Notes: generated by a model from the letters alone, not told the origin. Shown: positions 1 through 12,982, counted from the whole stretch's first letter. The stretch is 63,149 bases of DNA, filler included, from Octopus bimaculoides (GCF_001194135.2; 9 parts of 9 records of this genome joined end to end with filler, not necessarily neighbours in it), one strand, 5' to 3'. Numbers and translations: made by a program.

Positions 1-48
<48 letters not shown>
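1..48. repeat. (AC)n microsatellite (one of dozens of CA/TA/CATA/GATA/GA tracts in the window)
   Basis: Pure AC run at the window start. Similar tracts flank most N gaps. Confidence 0.98.
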
Positions 49-51
<3 letters not shown>

Positions 52-149
52 TATGTATATATTACGGCACTAGTTCCAATCCTATACTTCTTGTGTCAAG
101 AACAATATTGTATATACAAGGTATTCGCATAAGTTCTGTACTTGAGGAA

Positions 150-275
150 CAGCGAATTGGCATGTTCGTTAGGGTGTTGGATAGAATGCTTGGTAGTGCT
201 TGTTTCGAGTTCAAGCGTTCTGAGTTAAAATTTCGCTGAAGTCAACTTTACTTTTTATCCTTTCAAGGTTGATGA
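150..275 (+). mobile_element. Degenerate SINE, family B
   Basis: ...GTTCGTTAG...GTTCTGAGTTAAAATTTCGCTGAAGTCAACTTTACTTTTTATCCTTTC aligns by eye to the better copies at 40883, 41274 and 52127. Confidence 0.6.
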
Positions 276-669
276 AAAAAAAAAAAACAAGAAAAAAACC
301 GTAGCAGTCCATAGCGGTGGATTGGTGGAATTGTCAGAATGATTGAGCTATCAGTTGCAACTCTATATACAATGTATTCAAGTATTCAAATCTCACCCTG
401 CCTCATACACGAACGCGCACGCACGCACACACACATACACATACAAACGCGCACACATACATACATGCATACATACATATACATGCATACATACGCATGT
501 GTCATCATCATTATCATCATCGTTATAAAGTACAAATAATAAACGACGGGGAGAAAATTGAGCTTTTTGTAAATTAATATGCATGTGTACTTGAATAAAT
601 GAATAGATAGATAGATAGACAGACAGATAGATAGATAGAGAGAGAGGTAGACAGAAAAAAGGATTGGTT

Positions 670-794
670 AACCCGGGCTCTTGTCTTCCATTAGAGGCTG
701 GGTCGACCAATGTCTTGCGACTGAATTTGGTAAACAAAAACAGTATTGAAGAAGCCCGTCATATATCTATGTATGTTATATGTATGTATGTATG

Positions 795-828
<34 letters not shown>

Positions 829-1035
829 TGTATGTATGTATGGACGTGTGTATGTTTCTGTGTGTGTCTTTGTATCTCCACCGCTTGACAACCGGCATCG
901 ATTCTTTTACGTCCCCGTAACCTAGCAGTTCGTCAAAAAAGATAGAAAGACTAAGTGCTATACTTCAAATAAGTACTGCAAGGTGCACACCAGCATGGCC
1001 GAAGTTCAGTTATTGAAACAAGTAAAAGAGTAAAA
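670..1035 (+). mobile_element. SINE family A, 5'-truncated, with internal (TATG)n tract
   Basis: GAAGAAGCCCGTC, microsatellite, GTCCCCGTAAC, then CCAGCATGGCCG...GAAACAAGTAAAAGAG. Same body as 2419-2790. Confidence 0.8.
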
Positions 1036-1349
1036 GAGATATATTTCTTAAAAAATGACACTGTTAACCCATCAATGATTCATTTATCGGGCTAGCGGTC
1101 AAGAATGGGCTAAATATGCAAATTAGTCTGTCCAATTTACTTTAGTAATATTGCGTTCATAAGCAATATCTGAGTTTACAGTTTTCAAATGGCACTCGGT
1201 CGCTAAAAAGTTCCAATATTGGACTCATAGCAGTCCAGTTGATCTGTTTTTTCTGTCCATAATCATAATGTTGCTAAAATCTATTCATGTATTCTGTAGT
1301 ATAGCTTAGCACAGTCAGCATATTTACACCAAGATAACGAAACAACTAC

Positions 1350-1550
1350 TAAGTGTATGCTTGATTTGCTTGAAATGGCAACCAAATTTCCATACAATCA
1401 CACTCATCTTAAAAAGGAAAGGATCTGTTGGATGATGCGGTCCTACTGTTTTTTTTTTTTTCAAAAAAGAAAAAATATGTTTTGGAAAGTCACGATTGGA
1501 ATGTCTTTTATCATAGGTCTGCTGGATTACGATTTTCGGCAGCAGCCATA
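1350..1550 (-). mobile_element. Interspersed repeat family D (SINE-like)
   Basis: Reverse complement contains CAGACCTATGATAAAAGACATTCC and ATTTGGTTGCCATTTCAAGC, matching the + copies at 10275 and 12235. Confidence 0.6.
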
Positions 1551-1850
1551 TATGAAGTTGGTAAAAGAAACATCGGAAATGCTTTGTCCCATGCAGAAAT
1601 AGGAGCTACTCAGAGGTATTGCAGCCTCTTGTTCTGAATCCATCGTAATGTCGAGAACCTTTCTGCATCATCAGCAGTTAGGGGTCACATCGTTTCGTCC
1701 CACGATCCATTAATTTTTCAAACATTTCCATCATTTAAATATTCTACGATTGACCCTCATCACCATACCCTACACTCACATTCTCTCCTTTCTCTCAACT
1801 AAACTACCTCAGTATGGCTGCAGTCCAATGACTGAAGCATGTAATATATA

Positions 1851-1881
<31 letters not shown>

Positions 1882-2418
1882 GACGGACTTCTGCACAATT
1901 TCTGTTCACCAAATTCGCTCAAAGTATTGTTCACACACACATACACACACACATATATGCACACTCATATGCACGCCCCCCCCATTCACATGCATGAATG
2001 TATGAATGCACGAATGCACTCACTCACGCACATAAAGACTTCATGAACTACAGTTGCTTGCATAAAAGCTGTATACTATTATTAAATTATACGGGTATCT
2101 ACAAAGAATGCTTAATGCATGCATGTTAATACGAAGTCACGCTACATGTTACATGCTGCATTAGAATTATATTGAGTGATGCTTAAAACTGAATGTTGCG
2201 TATTGGATTAAAAGCAAAGAAAGTAGGACGACTAAGTGATTTCCAGTTTTAGCTAAATAGAAGGTCGTAGGTTGATCTTGTCCAGTTTTACTATGTTGAG
2301 AATGCACATTCGCAAGGAGAGATAACGTTTGTAGCAACCTTGAGGGGCTTTAGTTGGTGCTGTTCATGTTTAGTGAGAGAAGGGATATATTACTGTTCTT
2401 TTTTTTTTAATTATGTAT

Positions 2419-2790
2419 AGGCGTTGGAGTGGCTGTGTGGTAAGTAGTTTGCTTACCAACCACATGGCTCTGGGTTCAGTCCCACTGCGTGGCACCTTGG
2501 GCAAGTGTCTTCTACTATAGCCTCGGGCCGACCAAAGCCTTGTGAGTGGATTTGGTAGACGGAAACTGAAAGAAGCCCGTCGTATATATATGTATATATG
2601 TATATATGTGTGTGTGTGTGTGTGTTTGTGTGTCTGTGTTTGTCCCCCCACCATCGCTTGATAACCGATGCTGGTGTGTTTACGTCCCCGTAACTTAGCG
2701 GTTTGGCAAAAGAGACCGATAGAATAAGTACTATGCTTACAAAGAATAAGTCCTGGGGCTGACTTGCTCGACTAAAGGCGGTGCTCCAGC
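2419..2790 (+). mobile_element. tRNA-derived SINE family A, near full length (3' end in gap)
   Basis: A-box-like TGGCTGTGTGG, B-box-like GGTTCAGTCCC, conserved core GGGCAAGTGTCTTCTACTATAGCCTCGGGCCGACC, internal (TA)(TG) tract, tail GGCGGTGCTCCAGC. More than 10 related fragments occur in the window. Confidence 0.9.
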
Positions 2791-3633
2791 NNNNNNNNNN
2801 NNNNNNNNNNNNNNNNNNNNNNNNNNNNNNNNNNNNNNNNNNNNNNNNNNNNNNNNNNNNNNNNNNNNNNNNNNNNNNNNNNNNNNNNNNNNNNNNNNNN
2901 NNNNNNNNNNNNNNNNNNNNNNNNNNNNNNNNNNNNNNNNNNNNNNNNNNNNNNNNNNNNNNNNNNNNNNNNNNNNNNNNNNNNNNNNNNNNNNNNNNNN
3001 NNNNNNNNNNNNNNNNNNNNNNNNNNNNNNNNNNNNNNNNNNNNNNNNNNNNNNNNNNNNNNNNNNNNNNNNNNNNNNNNNNNNNNNNNNNNNNNNNNNN
3101 NNNNNNNNNNNNNNNNNNNNNNNNNNNNNNNNNNNNNNNNNNNNNNNNNNNNNNNNNNNNNNNNNNNNNNNNNNNNNNNNNNNNNNNNNNNNNNNNNNNN
3201 NNNNNNNNNNNNNNNNNNNNNNNNNNNNNNNNNNNNNNNNNNNNNNNNNNNNNNNNNNNNNNNNNNNNNNNNNNNNNNNNNNNNNNNNNNNNNNNNNNNN
3301 NNNNNNNNNNNNNNNNNNNNNNNNNNNNNNNNNNNNNNNNNNNNNNNNNNNNNNNNNNNNNNNNNNNNNNNNNNNNNNNNNNNNNNNNNNNNNNNNNNNN
3401 NNNNNNNNNNNNNNNNNNNNNNNNNNNNNNNNNNNNNNNNNNNNNNNNNNNNNNNNNNNNNNNNNNNNNNNNNNNNNNNNNNNNNNNNNNNNNNNNNNNN
3501 NNNNNNNNNNNNNNNNNNNNNNNNNNNNNNNNNNNNNNNNNNNNNNNNNNNNNNNNNNNNNNNNNNNNNNNNNNNNNNNNNNNNNNNNNNNNNNNNNNNN
3601 NNNNNNNNNNNNNNNNNNNNNNNNNNNNNNNNN

Positions 3634-3675
<42 letters not shown>

Positions 3676-3681
3676 TATATA

Positions 3682-3920
3682 TGTGTGTGTGTGTTTGTGT
3701 GTGTGGGTGGGTGTCTTTGTATTTGCGTCTGTTTCCCCTCCACCACTTGACAACTGGTGTAAATTTGATTACGTGCCCGTAACTTAGCAGTTCGTCAAAA
3801 GAGACCGATAGAATAAGTACGAGCCTTTAACCAATAAGTACTAGGGTCGATTTGTTCAACTAATATTCTTCAAAGCGGTGCACCAACATGGCCGCAGTCC
3901 AATGACTGAAACAAGAAAAA
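3682..3920 (+). mobile_element. SINE family A, 3' half
   Basis: CGTAACTTAGC...GAGACCGATAGAATAAGTAC...GGCCGCAGTCCAATGACTGAAACAAG. Confidence 0.8.
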
Positions 3921-4234
3921 AGACAAAAAAAAAAAAGAAAAAAAGCAGCGGATCACAGATGTCTGTGAAGGGACAGATATAGATACAGAGATCTGTGCAT
4001 AACTAATTGCTAAATGACAGAGACAGTAATTAGGAAAAGTCAAGGAGAAAATAATGTAAGCAACTAATAATTGTTCCTGTTTATCACACAGAAGCAAAAT
4101 AATGAGGATTACCGCATTGATTAATTTATAAACCACTTTTAACCACAGCTATACCCGAATACATTACTTAAAGGTTAACTTAAACAGCAGTTTAAGATGA
4201 GGTGTAGGTAATGGGTTCGTAGGTTATTGTCATT

Positions 4235-4460
4235 GTTTAGCCACAGGGAACACCTCGCAGAAGGATCTTGATCAAAAGGATTTTAGTTGTGAACCAACTG
4301 TTGCTGTTCCAGTTTTTATTCAATCATAATGTAAGTTAGACATATATCCAATAAGTACTCCACTTGTTTTTTTGTTTGAAAGACGATAGTGTATGATTTA
4401 AAGGGGATTTAGTTGCCTTTTTTTCTGACAGATTGACTAACAATGTTGAGATTCCCTCAT
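4235..4460 (+). mobile_element. Interspersed repeat family D
   Basis: GTTTAGCCACAGG...GATCAAAAGG...GTATGATTTAAAGGGGATTTAGTTGC...ATTCCCTC. Confidence 0.55.
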
Positions 4461-4644
4461 GCATTATTAATAGTCTAGTTTATTAGTATAGGCAACAATT
4501 CTTAATAAATTCTATGTAATCTGAACACGAATGTACTGATAACAAGTCATCTACTCAACCAGTGAAGTATATCAGAATATATAACTGCTCCTCATCAAGT
4601 ACCAGGAAGCCATATTTAAGTACATTTGAAATGGATCAAAATCT

Positions 4645-4830
4645 TTTGAAATACAGGCAAAATCTATGCGACGGCTTCTACAGAGTTTCCGTCAACCCAA
4701 ATTCACTTACAAAGCTTGGGTCAATCCGAGGCTATGGTAAAAGACACTTGCTCAAGATGTCACGAAATGGAATGAAATTTGAGACTTTGTCATTGCAAAT
4801 TGAGCTTTTTAACCCTTCAGCCAGCTTTTT
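4645..4830 (-). mobile_element. SINE family A, 5' half
   Basis: Reverse complement of the family A head and core (CGAGGCTATGGTAAAAGACACTTGCTCAAG). Confidence 0.7.
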
Positions 4831-5107
4831 AGGATACTTGGCTGCTTTTTCTAACAGTTATCAGCATAGGTATGCAACTAAGAAGTTTACTTTGAAGCTA
4901 CATTGTTTCATGGTCAATCTCAGTGTGCGACACTTTGGACAAATATTCCTGTCATTGTCTCAAGTTGTCTAATACTTTATGAGAAGAATATAGTCAATAA
5001 AAAAACTGCGCAGAAGCTCTTTGCCAATANNNNNNNNNNNNNNNNNNNNNNNNNNNNNNNNNNNNNNNNNNNNNNNNNNNNNNNNNNNNNNNNNNNNNNN
5101 NNNNNNN

Positions 5108-5144
<37 letters not shown>

Positions 5145-5149
5145 TGTTA

Positions 5150-6095
5150 GCCGGCAAGCGCTATAGGAAGTTCTGAAAAAGCTTGGTATGCCTGACAAGA
5201 TGTTGAATGTTATCATCTCCTTTCATGAGGGAATGAAGGCTGCTGTCGTGTCCGGAGGGGAATCTTCGGCTTCCTTCGACGTTACAAACGACACAAAGCA
5301 AGGCTGTGTTATAGCTCCTGTTTTGTTTGCATTCTTCTTTTCAGCCATGCTGAGGTATGTTATTGGCGACATACAAGGTTGTATCAGTTTCGAACAAGCG
5401 GTGGTCAGTCACCAGCGTATCAAAGCCAAAACGCTGCTAGGCACCAGTATCATTCGTGATCCACTTTTTGCAGATGATGCTGCACTAGTAGTGACCTCCT
5501 TAGAGGAAGCTCAGGAACTTCTAGACCGGTTTTCTACTGCATGCAAAGCCTTTGGTTTGATCATCATCATAAAGAAGACGGAAGTAATCCTACTCCTAAT
5601 CAAATTTGCCTTACTCCTTTGCCCTACTCCTAAACAAATTCGAGGCGTCAGGCGGAGGCCACCGGTTCATAATTTTCCTGATACTTCTATACAGGTTGAT
5701 GGGAAAAACCTAAATTATGTGAAGTCATTAACATATCTTAGTAGTAAAGTGAATTCGGGCGCTTCTCTAGATGAAATCGTCAACCGTCTTGCAAAGGCAA
5801 CCAACGCATTTGGCAAACTTTGTTCTCGCCTATGAAATGAAAGAGGGCATCAAACTTGACACTAAAGCACAGGTTTATAAAGCTGCCATTCTTACTACTC
5901 TTTTGTATGGTTCAAGATCGTGGAGAAACTTTGTTGCAACCAGCATTAACAGGCTTCGGAGTGCAAGTCAAAAGAGAGAAGCGGCTGCAAATATACTAGC
6001 TGCACTGACCTGTAATCCTTATAATTGCAGGTTCTGTGGGCTTTATTGCAAATCGTTGGCGGATCCTCATACGTCGAAACCGACGGGAGAGTCCA
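5150..6095 (+). mobile_element. RTE-clade LINE, decayed reverse transcriptase through C-terminal zinc-finger region
   Basis: RQAL..VLKKLGMPDKMLNVIISFHEGM; KQGCVIAPVLF; LFADDAAL; RLAKATNAFGKL; TKAQVYKAAILTTLLYGS; terminal CRFCGLYCKS. Premature TGA at 5833-5835, a frameshift and an internal deletion. Confidence 0.9.
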
Positions 6096-6155
6096 TCGTA
6101 TACATACATACATACATACATACATACATACATACATGTGTGTGTATGTATACAT

Positions 6156-6208
<53 letters not shown>

Positions 6209-6209
<1 letters not shown>

Positions 6210-6370
6210 TGTTTCAGTCACTGGACTGCAGCAACGCTGGGGCACCGCATCAATGGATTTAATCGATCCCAGTACTTATTTTTCAGAGTCTGGTACTTGT
6301 TCTATCGGGTTCTTTTGCTGAAGCTTTTGATTTTGCTAATTTAAGGGGACGTAAACAACCCAGCGCCGGT
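6209..6370 (-). mobile_element. SINE family A, 3' tail
   Basis: TTGTTTCAGTCA...GCTGGGGCACCGC...TCTGGTACTT...GGGGACGTAAAC. Confidence 0.75.
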
Positions 6371-6689
6371 TCTCACTCGGTTCATTGTCTGTTGTTATGT
6401 CCGGACAAGTTGGCTTCTTAAGGAAGATCTCTACAGTACATAAAATAGGCCAGCAGTTGTTAGCGTGGAAATGGCATTATGTAAGACTGGTTTAATGAAG
6501 CTAATGAAACGTGTGTAAACTAAACAACAAACACAGTCAGGTAATTCCATTCTTTTGTTGTAATTTTTTTATGCATGCTTTACGGATGCTTTGTGGATTT
6601 TCGGATTACTGGTGCGGTGGCGTCTTGGGGAACCTTTTTAAATTTCAGATTGCCACCATGCCAATTTACATACAATATATATGTCTGAG

Positions 6690-6786
<97 letters not shown>

Positions 6787-7501
6787 ATCACGCGTGAAGC
6801 CACGATTTCGACTAGGGAGATTGATTGTCAGTCATTAAAATGGATCCATCATTTGTCGTCTCGCTTACTTTTGCATGAATATGTATGCAGATATTATTGT
6901 ATTTAAAACGAGTGAATGAATCCACGTCAACATAGCTCATTCTGCAATTTCACTCACTCTCCGCTGTACCTGAACGAGAAATACTTAAGTCGGAATTATT
7001 AAACTCTTACAGGCGCACATCTAAATATTTGATTTCTAAATGATTGCTACCAAATAGATGTACAATGCAAAATTTTGATCTACTCCCGTGGAAATCTGAA
7101 AGCTTTGGATTTTAAAGCTACTTATTTTCGATCTTTCGGAATTTTCCACTGTTTATCAGTCTTTTCTGACTAAAAATGGCTGTTTTGCAACGGGTGTTTT
7201 CCAGTGCTTGAATTCGATATTACTATTTTGTTCCGTTTTGGTTCCATTAGGTTCTTTTTATTACATGATAACGATTTTTCTATTTCTCTCTCGGTGATCT
7301 TGCATTATTTTTGTGATTTGCATGTGATTTCACCCGTGGTGTGTGTGCGGGTATGTGTTAGTTTGTATGTCGATGTGCACATCTTTGTGTTCAGTTCTGT
7401 GCAGGTTTTGTATTTTTCCCGTAAACATTTAACGTGCGTTCCCTATTTAATTCCATGAGTGTGTGGGCATCTTTCCGTCTCCGTCTCCGTCTCTCTCCCT
7501 C

Positions 7502-7559
<58 letters not shown>

Positions 7560-7922
7560 NNNNNNNNNNNNNNNNNNNNNNNNNNNNNNNNNNNNNNNNN
7601 NNNNNNNNNNNNNNNNNNNNNNNNNNNNNNNNNNNNNNNNNNNNNNNNNNNNNNNNNNNNNNNNNNNNNNNNNNNNNNNNNNNNNNNNNNNNNNNNNNNN
7701 NNNNNNNNNNNNNNNNNNNNNNNNNNNNNNNNNNNNNNTGTGTGTGTGTGTACGTTCAGACTGTTTGAACATTGTTTTGTTGTTTTTACAATCTCTTCAT
7801 TTATTGGTATTGATGAATTACTTTTTACCATCCTTAACTTTTCATATTCTCTAGCTTTGCACATATTTTGTTGGTGTTGGTGTTGTTGTTGTTGCTCTTC
7901 TTCTTCTTCTTCTTCTTCTTCT

Positions 7923-7957
<35 letters not shown>

Positions 7958-8334
7958 TCTCGTTGTTATTTTCCCTTATCCTCTTTCTGTCCCTCTATTT
8001 CCAGATTATTTATTTACTATTTTGTTTTTTGAAAAGTCTGCGCTCGCGCTAACGCTCGTATATGATTCGTTGAACAAGATCCTTTATTCATAAAGGTGAG
8101 GAAAGTTTGCTTCGATTGAAATTACAACACTCTAAATATTGTCCTGATGTTCTATTTACCCCCTTTTTCATCCGAAGATCGGAAGCATGAAACTCGGTGT
8201 AACGATTTGTAAACGTTTTTAGCTTCTAATAAAATCCGATATTTCGTCCAACATATAGTACCGAGTAAGTATTTTTCTCCTTTCCGATGCTACATATGTG
8301 CAGAACAAATATTGCAAAGCTTCCTGTTCGGTGC

Positions 8335-8495
8335 TCCAACGGTTTCGTCAGTCCACCGTCTATTTAACGACTCCAGGAAGATAAAAGGCAAAGTTACCCA
8401 AGGCGGAAACTGAACTCAGAGCGCAAAGATCAGAATAAATAATGCAAAAGCAGTTCGTTCGATGGTCTAAGACTTCTGCCAATTTGACGACTCCT
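8335..8495 (-). mobile_element. SINE family B
   Basis: GATAAAAGGCAAAGTT...GGCGGAAACTGAACTCAGAGCG is the reverse complement of the family B core. Confidence 0.7.
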
Positions 8496-8954
8496 AAGTT
8501 AAGTTAAGATCATGGTGTAGCGAAAAAATAAGAAAAAAAATCCTGGAGTAGCGGGAAAAAAAAAATTCTTGGAGTAGAACAGAGTTTTCAAACCACAATC
8601 TGGTTTCGATTCCGCTTTGTAATTTTTCCTTTCCACATTTTTCACTGATACCGTCTCATGGAGCCGAAGAGATCTGAACCCAGAAAATATGTGATTAAAA
8701 CATCGAATATTTCTACTAAATCTGCCTTTCTTTCACAGCTATCATATCAATGAATGATTCCTGATGATTTCCTTGTCAAACGCAAAGCATTTGGTATGGA
8801 ATATTCATGGGAGACGTTAGAGCATCGGCTTAAGATTGCTTTCCTTCGAATATCGAACTATAAGTCTTATAATTTTTAGAATTGTTTGATCAGTGATGCT
8901 TTAAATTGACATAAATGAGATCTGAAATAAACGAAACAAAATTGAATTGCTGGC

Positions 8955-9265
8955 GTTATTTACCCCGAAACAACCCTGATGCAGGAAATCTAAGTCCAGA
9001 TCAACCTTGATTCAGGAAACCTATGAGCAGATCAACCTTGTTCCACGAGGTCAATATGAATAGATCAATCCTGATCCATGAGATCCTTAAAGAGAACAAC
9101 TATGACCCAGGAGACCTAAGACCACATCAACCCTGATTCAGAACACATGATAAAATCTCTGATCCAGGAGAACGTACCATTTCTGTAAAAACGGTGGTGT
9201 TGAGATTTGTGCAAGATTTGATTGCTATTTCTAGGATGTCGAGCAACCACGTAGAAGCTACTTTA
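8955..9265 (+). repeat. Family D copy whose head is expanded into a ~30-bp minisatellite (~7 diverged units)
   Basis: Units resemble AGATCAACCCTGATCCAGGAGACCTATGAGC and are followed by the family D 3' end GATTTGATTGCTATTTCTAGGATGTCGAGCAACCACGTAGA. Confidence 0.7.
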
Positions 9266-9459
9266 ATGGAACGACAAAAATGTGTTTTTCAGTGAGATAA
9301 AGCGACTTTGCCGCCCCATTACTTACAGTTTTCAACTTACAGCGCGCCAACATACACAGCATTTGTTTTTATAGCAACATTGTCTAGATTCTTTCTCTAC
9401 CCATTTTCTTACTACAAGGAATAGTAGATTTAGTATATTTGTGTATGCGTGTTTGTGCA

Positions 9460-9520
<61 letters not shown>

Positions 9521-9738
9521 NNNNNNNNNNNNNNNNNNNNNNNNNNNNNNNNNNNNNNNNNNNNNNNNNNNNNNNNNNNNNNNNNNNNNNNNNNNNNNNN
9601 NNNNNNNNNNNNNNNNNNNNNNNNNNNNNNNNNNNNNNNNNNNNNNNNNNNNNNNNNNNNNNNNNNNNNNNNNNNNNNNNNNNNNNNNNNNNNNNNNNNN
9701 NNNNNNNNNNNNNNNNNNNNNNNNNNNNNNNNNNNNNN

Positions 9739-9778
<40 letters not shown>

Positions 9779-9781
<3 letters not shown>

Positions 9782-10012
9782 AAGGTTGGCCAAAAGTCAC
9801 CTGACAGTAAATCAAAAACCATTTAATTTCAATTATTTATGTTTAACAACTAAATGAATTTAATAAAAGCATCTAAATAGGAAACATCATGAAAATTGTT
9901 CAAACTGAAGTCCTTCTTGAGCGACACCATTTCCAAATAAATAAATAAAATTGAATTTTAAGCTTTTATGGAATTTAAATTTACTGTCGGGTGACTTTTG
10001 GCCAACCATGTA
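9779..10012 (-). mobile_element. Tc1/mariner-superfamily MITE (internal deletion derivative)
   Basis: ~29-bp TIRs GGTTGGCCAAAAGTCACC(T/C)GACAGTAAAT at 9784-9812 and 9979-10007, with TA flanks. Remnant transposase C-terminus GVAQEGLQFEQFS* on the - strand. Confidence 0.85.
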
Positions 10013-10060
<48 letters not shown>

Positions 10061-10274
10061 AACAGGCACTCTCTCTCACACATATGTATGTATGTATCTA
10101 TCTATCTATGACAGACTTTCACATAGTTTTCGCCTACCAAATTCACCCTTAAGACATTGGTCAAGCCCCAAATGTCGTTCAATGGGACTGAACCCAAATC
10201 TACTTGGCTGCAATTTTTCTTTAACTTCACTGTTACACACGTGTGTATGTTAAGCATTATGGTATCGTAAGTAT

Positions 10275-10455
10275 TGTTTAGCTCCGGGTCAGCCCCGATC
10301 TTACAGACTTATGATCAAAGGCGTTCCACCTTTGACAATCCAAAAGCATGCCTTTTGTATATTAGGTACTATTACGTAGAACAATATCATTCTCTGTTTA
10401 TGACAAAGGGGTAAGTTCAGGGAGATTTAGCTGCTATTTCTACCAGGTCGAGCGA
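10275..10455 (+). mobile_element. Interspersed repeat family D
   Basis: GTTTAGCTCCGGGTCAGCCCCGATC...CTTATGATCAAAGGCGTTCCA...GGGAGATTTAGCTGCTATTTCTACCAGGTCGAGCGA. Confidence 0.75.
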
Positions 10456-11064
10456 AGGCGCAGACGCTTCGCCATTAATTTGCTTCCATGTGTGTTTAGT
10501 TGTATGTATGCGTTTGTCCTTACGTGTTTGTGTGCATGTGTGTGTGTGTGTATGCTTGCATGTGTGTGCGTTCGTGTACGTGTCTGTGTGTGTGTGTGCT
10601 TATGCGTGCTTGTGCATACGTATATGTGTGCATGCATGGCAAGTGCAAGGCTTTATTTTGCAATAGTACATTCTTGAGAGAAAAGTCGAATTCGCAACAT
10701 GTTTCCCATACCTATACACTGACGTATCTGCTGATGAAGTTGGCCACACCCTAACAAATACAGCCCCACGCAAAAAAAAAGAGGAAATTATTTGCAGCCC
10801 CTCCTCTAGTAATTTAGAAGACAAATTTTTTTTTGGATCCATATAATTCTTCTTTCTTCTCTATCATGTCTGACAAGGTTAAAAAGTCTAAAATTGTCAT
10901 AATTTTATTAATCATATTAATTTGTCCGGCACCTTTTCAATCCCCATTTGCCTCACCCGTATGAGAAATATTGAGCTTAATGCTACAAGGAAATTGATAC
11001 ACGTAACAGTTATTTATCTCTCTCCCACCTTTCCTAAATTAAAAGCACGGTAGGCTGTTTTGTT

Positions 11065-11280
11065 GTTTGGCCCAATTCAACCCTGATCGAACACACGATC
11101 GAACAGACGATCGAACAGACGATCGAACAGACTATCTATAAATGAATGAGGGATCTAGAGAATATATTACCGAATGCATCGTTTCTTACATACTTTTTCG
11201 AGACGGTAGTTATGATTTAATGGTTATTTGGCTGCTATTTCTAGCAGGTCGAGCTACCATGTAGAGTCTACCCCATTGAC
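11065..11280 (+). mobile_element. Family D copy with internal 12-bp tandem (GATCGAACAGAC)x4 at 11085-11132
   Basis: Head CAACCCTGATCGAAC and tail ATTTGGCTGCTATTTCTAGCAGGTCGAGC. The tandem units are read directly. Confidence 0.75.
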
Positions 11281-11859
11281 TGGTCTTAGATACACGTCTA
11301 TGTAAATTAGTGTATCTTAACCATTTTACAATATTTCTCTTTTAACGGTTAACCGTCTCCATTTCCCACCATCACCACCATACATGTTAAGAAAAAAAAT
11401 TAATCTTTAATACCTCTTTCATAACATTAACAGCCTTGTAAATAAATTAGCACTCAGCATATTAAGAAATCAACATAAAAAGAAGATAAGACTATCAAAA
11501 TCAGTACGATTATTTCCTCACTGGAAAACCCAAATTTCATTGTGGAACCCTAAAATTTCTCACGGATTAAGGATTACGAGTGTAAAGACTCAGACGCAAG
11601 CTATTTGCCTAAGCTACACAAAAAGTAAGATATTTCGTAAGTTACAACAGAGAGCATGTACTACTAGTTAGTATATTACTTTGTTTTACTCAAACGTTTT
11701 CCGTTCTCTCAGTTTATCTATTCACTTTAGTTCCCGCTGTCTAGGCCGCTGCAACACTCAACGCAGCGTATTTGTTAGCGTGGTCGGGGGAAGACATTTG
11801 AAGAGCAGAAATGAGTAGCACGTAGTGTCAGAGCAAATTCCATAGAGACCCCAAACAGA

Positions 11860-12105
11860 GCTTATATGGCTCTAAGCGGACATTCGCCTCCAGTCTGTTA
11901 GGAACAATAACCAAATCTCCCTCAAATCAAACAATGCCGTCTTGCAAAAATGAGAAAGGACATTGAATAATGTATTATTCGATAACTCCTTAAAAAAAAT
12001 AAATGTCCTAAATAACTGTTTGAAAAGACGGAGTAGTCATGCCTGGAATGCTTTTGGTCATAAGTTCTGGATGAGGATTGACCTGAGGTTATATAAATAC
12101 AGCAA
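11860..12105 (-). mobile_element. Interspersed repeat family D
   Basis: CCAAATCTCCCTCAAATC...GGAATGCTTTTGGTCATAAGTTCTG...GATTGACCTGAGG is the reverse complement of family D. Confidence 0.65.
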
Positions 12106-12234
12106 CGTCATCATCTCCACCCATAACAATTACATATCGCATAGCACCTGTAGTTCAGAACCTGACCTCCAGTGAGCCAAATCCTATTAAGGTCAGCTTT
12201 GGTAGCATGTTTTGCTTATTGTTGTTGTAGATAT

Positions 12235-12435
12235 CTGTTGCTATTTAGCCCCAGGTCATGTCTTGATAGAGCAAGCCCATGACCAAAGGTGTTCTAGCCA
12301 TGACCATCTCGTCTTTTCCCACATTACACTATCCAGTATTCTTTTTTTTTTTATAAAGTAAATGCAGCAGGGTATTTTAAGCGTGAGATTTGACTACTAT
12401 TTCTAGCAGATTGTAGCGACAACGTAGAGCCTGGG
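12235..12435 (+). mobile_element. Interspersed repeat family D
   Basis: ATTTAGCCCCAGGTCA...CCCATGACCAAAGG...GAGATTTGACTACTATTTCTAGCAG...CGTAGAG. Confidence 0.7.
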
Positions 12436-12744
12436 TGGGGAAACATTTTTTAGTACCAGAATCAATTGTAAGTGTAAAAGACCCTGTGGAAGCCCTCGTC
12501 TCTACTGAACAAAAAAATAAAAAAAGAGTACCGTTTTTGTACATGTTCATAGGTATGAAGCATATTTAAAAACCGTTTTAGTTTCAATTATATTATTTTT
12601 CTTTTATTTGAACTTTTAAGGGTTTCGGCTGGGGATAGTTTCAAGTTTAGACGTGGACGAAACTTCCACTTTATTTAAATATTACCGCTTATTCATGTTT
12701 TCATAAATACATCACAAGAAGAACGGATTTCCAGTTTGCTTGTC

Positions 12745-12982
12745 CCCCTCCAACATCGTATGTATGTATATGTATATATATATGTGTGTCTGTGTTTGTC
12801 CCACCAACATCGTTTGACAACCGATGCTGGAGTGTTTACGTCCCCGTAACTTAGCGGTTCGGCAAAAGATTCCGATAGAATAAGTACTAGGCTTACAAAG
12901 AATAAGTCCTGGGGTCGATTTGCTCGACTAAAGGCGGTGCTCCAGCATGGCCACAGTCAAATGACTGAAACAAGTAAAAGAG
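12745..12982 (+). mobile_element. SINE family A, 3' half
   Basis: Near-identical to 2620-2790, plus the complete tail CCAGCATGGCCACAGTCAAATGACTGAAACAAGTAAAAGAG. Confidence 0.9.

Noticed and set aside
1640-1690. - strand CTGATGA TGCA GAAA
   Set aside because: No stem I complement and no valid stem III; probably chance.
2419-2500. tRNA-like sequences (also 38310, 39800-39872)
   Set aside because: They are SINE heads with A/B boxes but no complete cloverleaf, and they continue into repeat bodies. No tRNA genes are called.
8970-9180. CRISPR-like appearance of short spaced repeats
   Set aside because: Eukaryotic context, contiguous degenerate units without unique spacers, and no cas genes.
12935-12982. 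SINE A tail hairpin CAGTCA-AA-TGACTG-AAACAAGTA resembling hammerhead stem II/GAAA
   Set aside because: There is no CUGANGA core in any copy. At most a distant relic.
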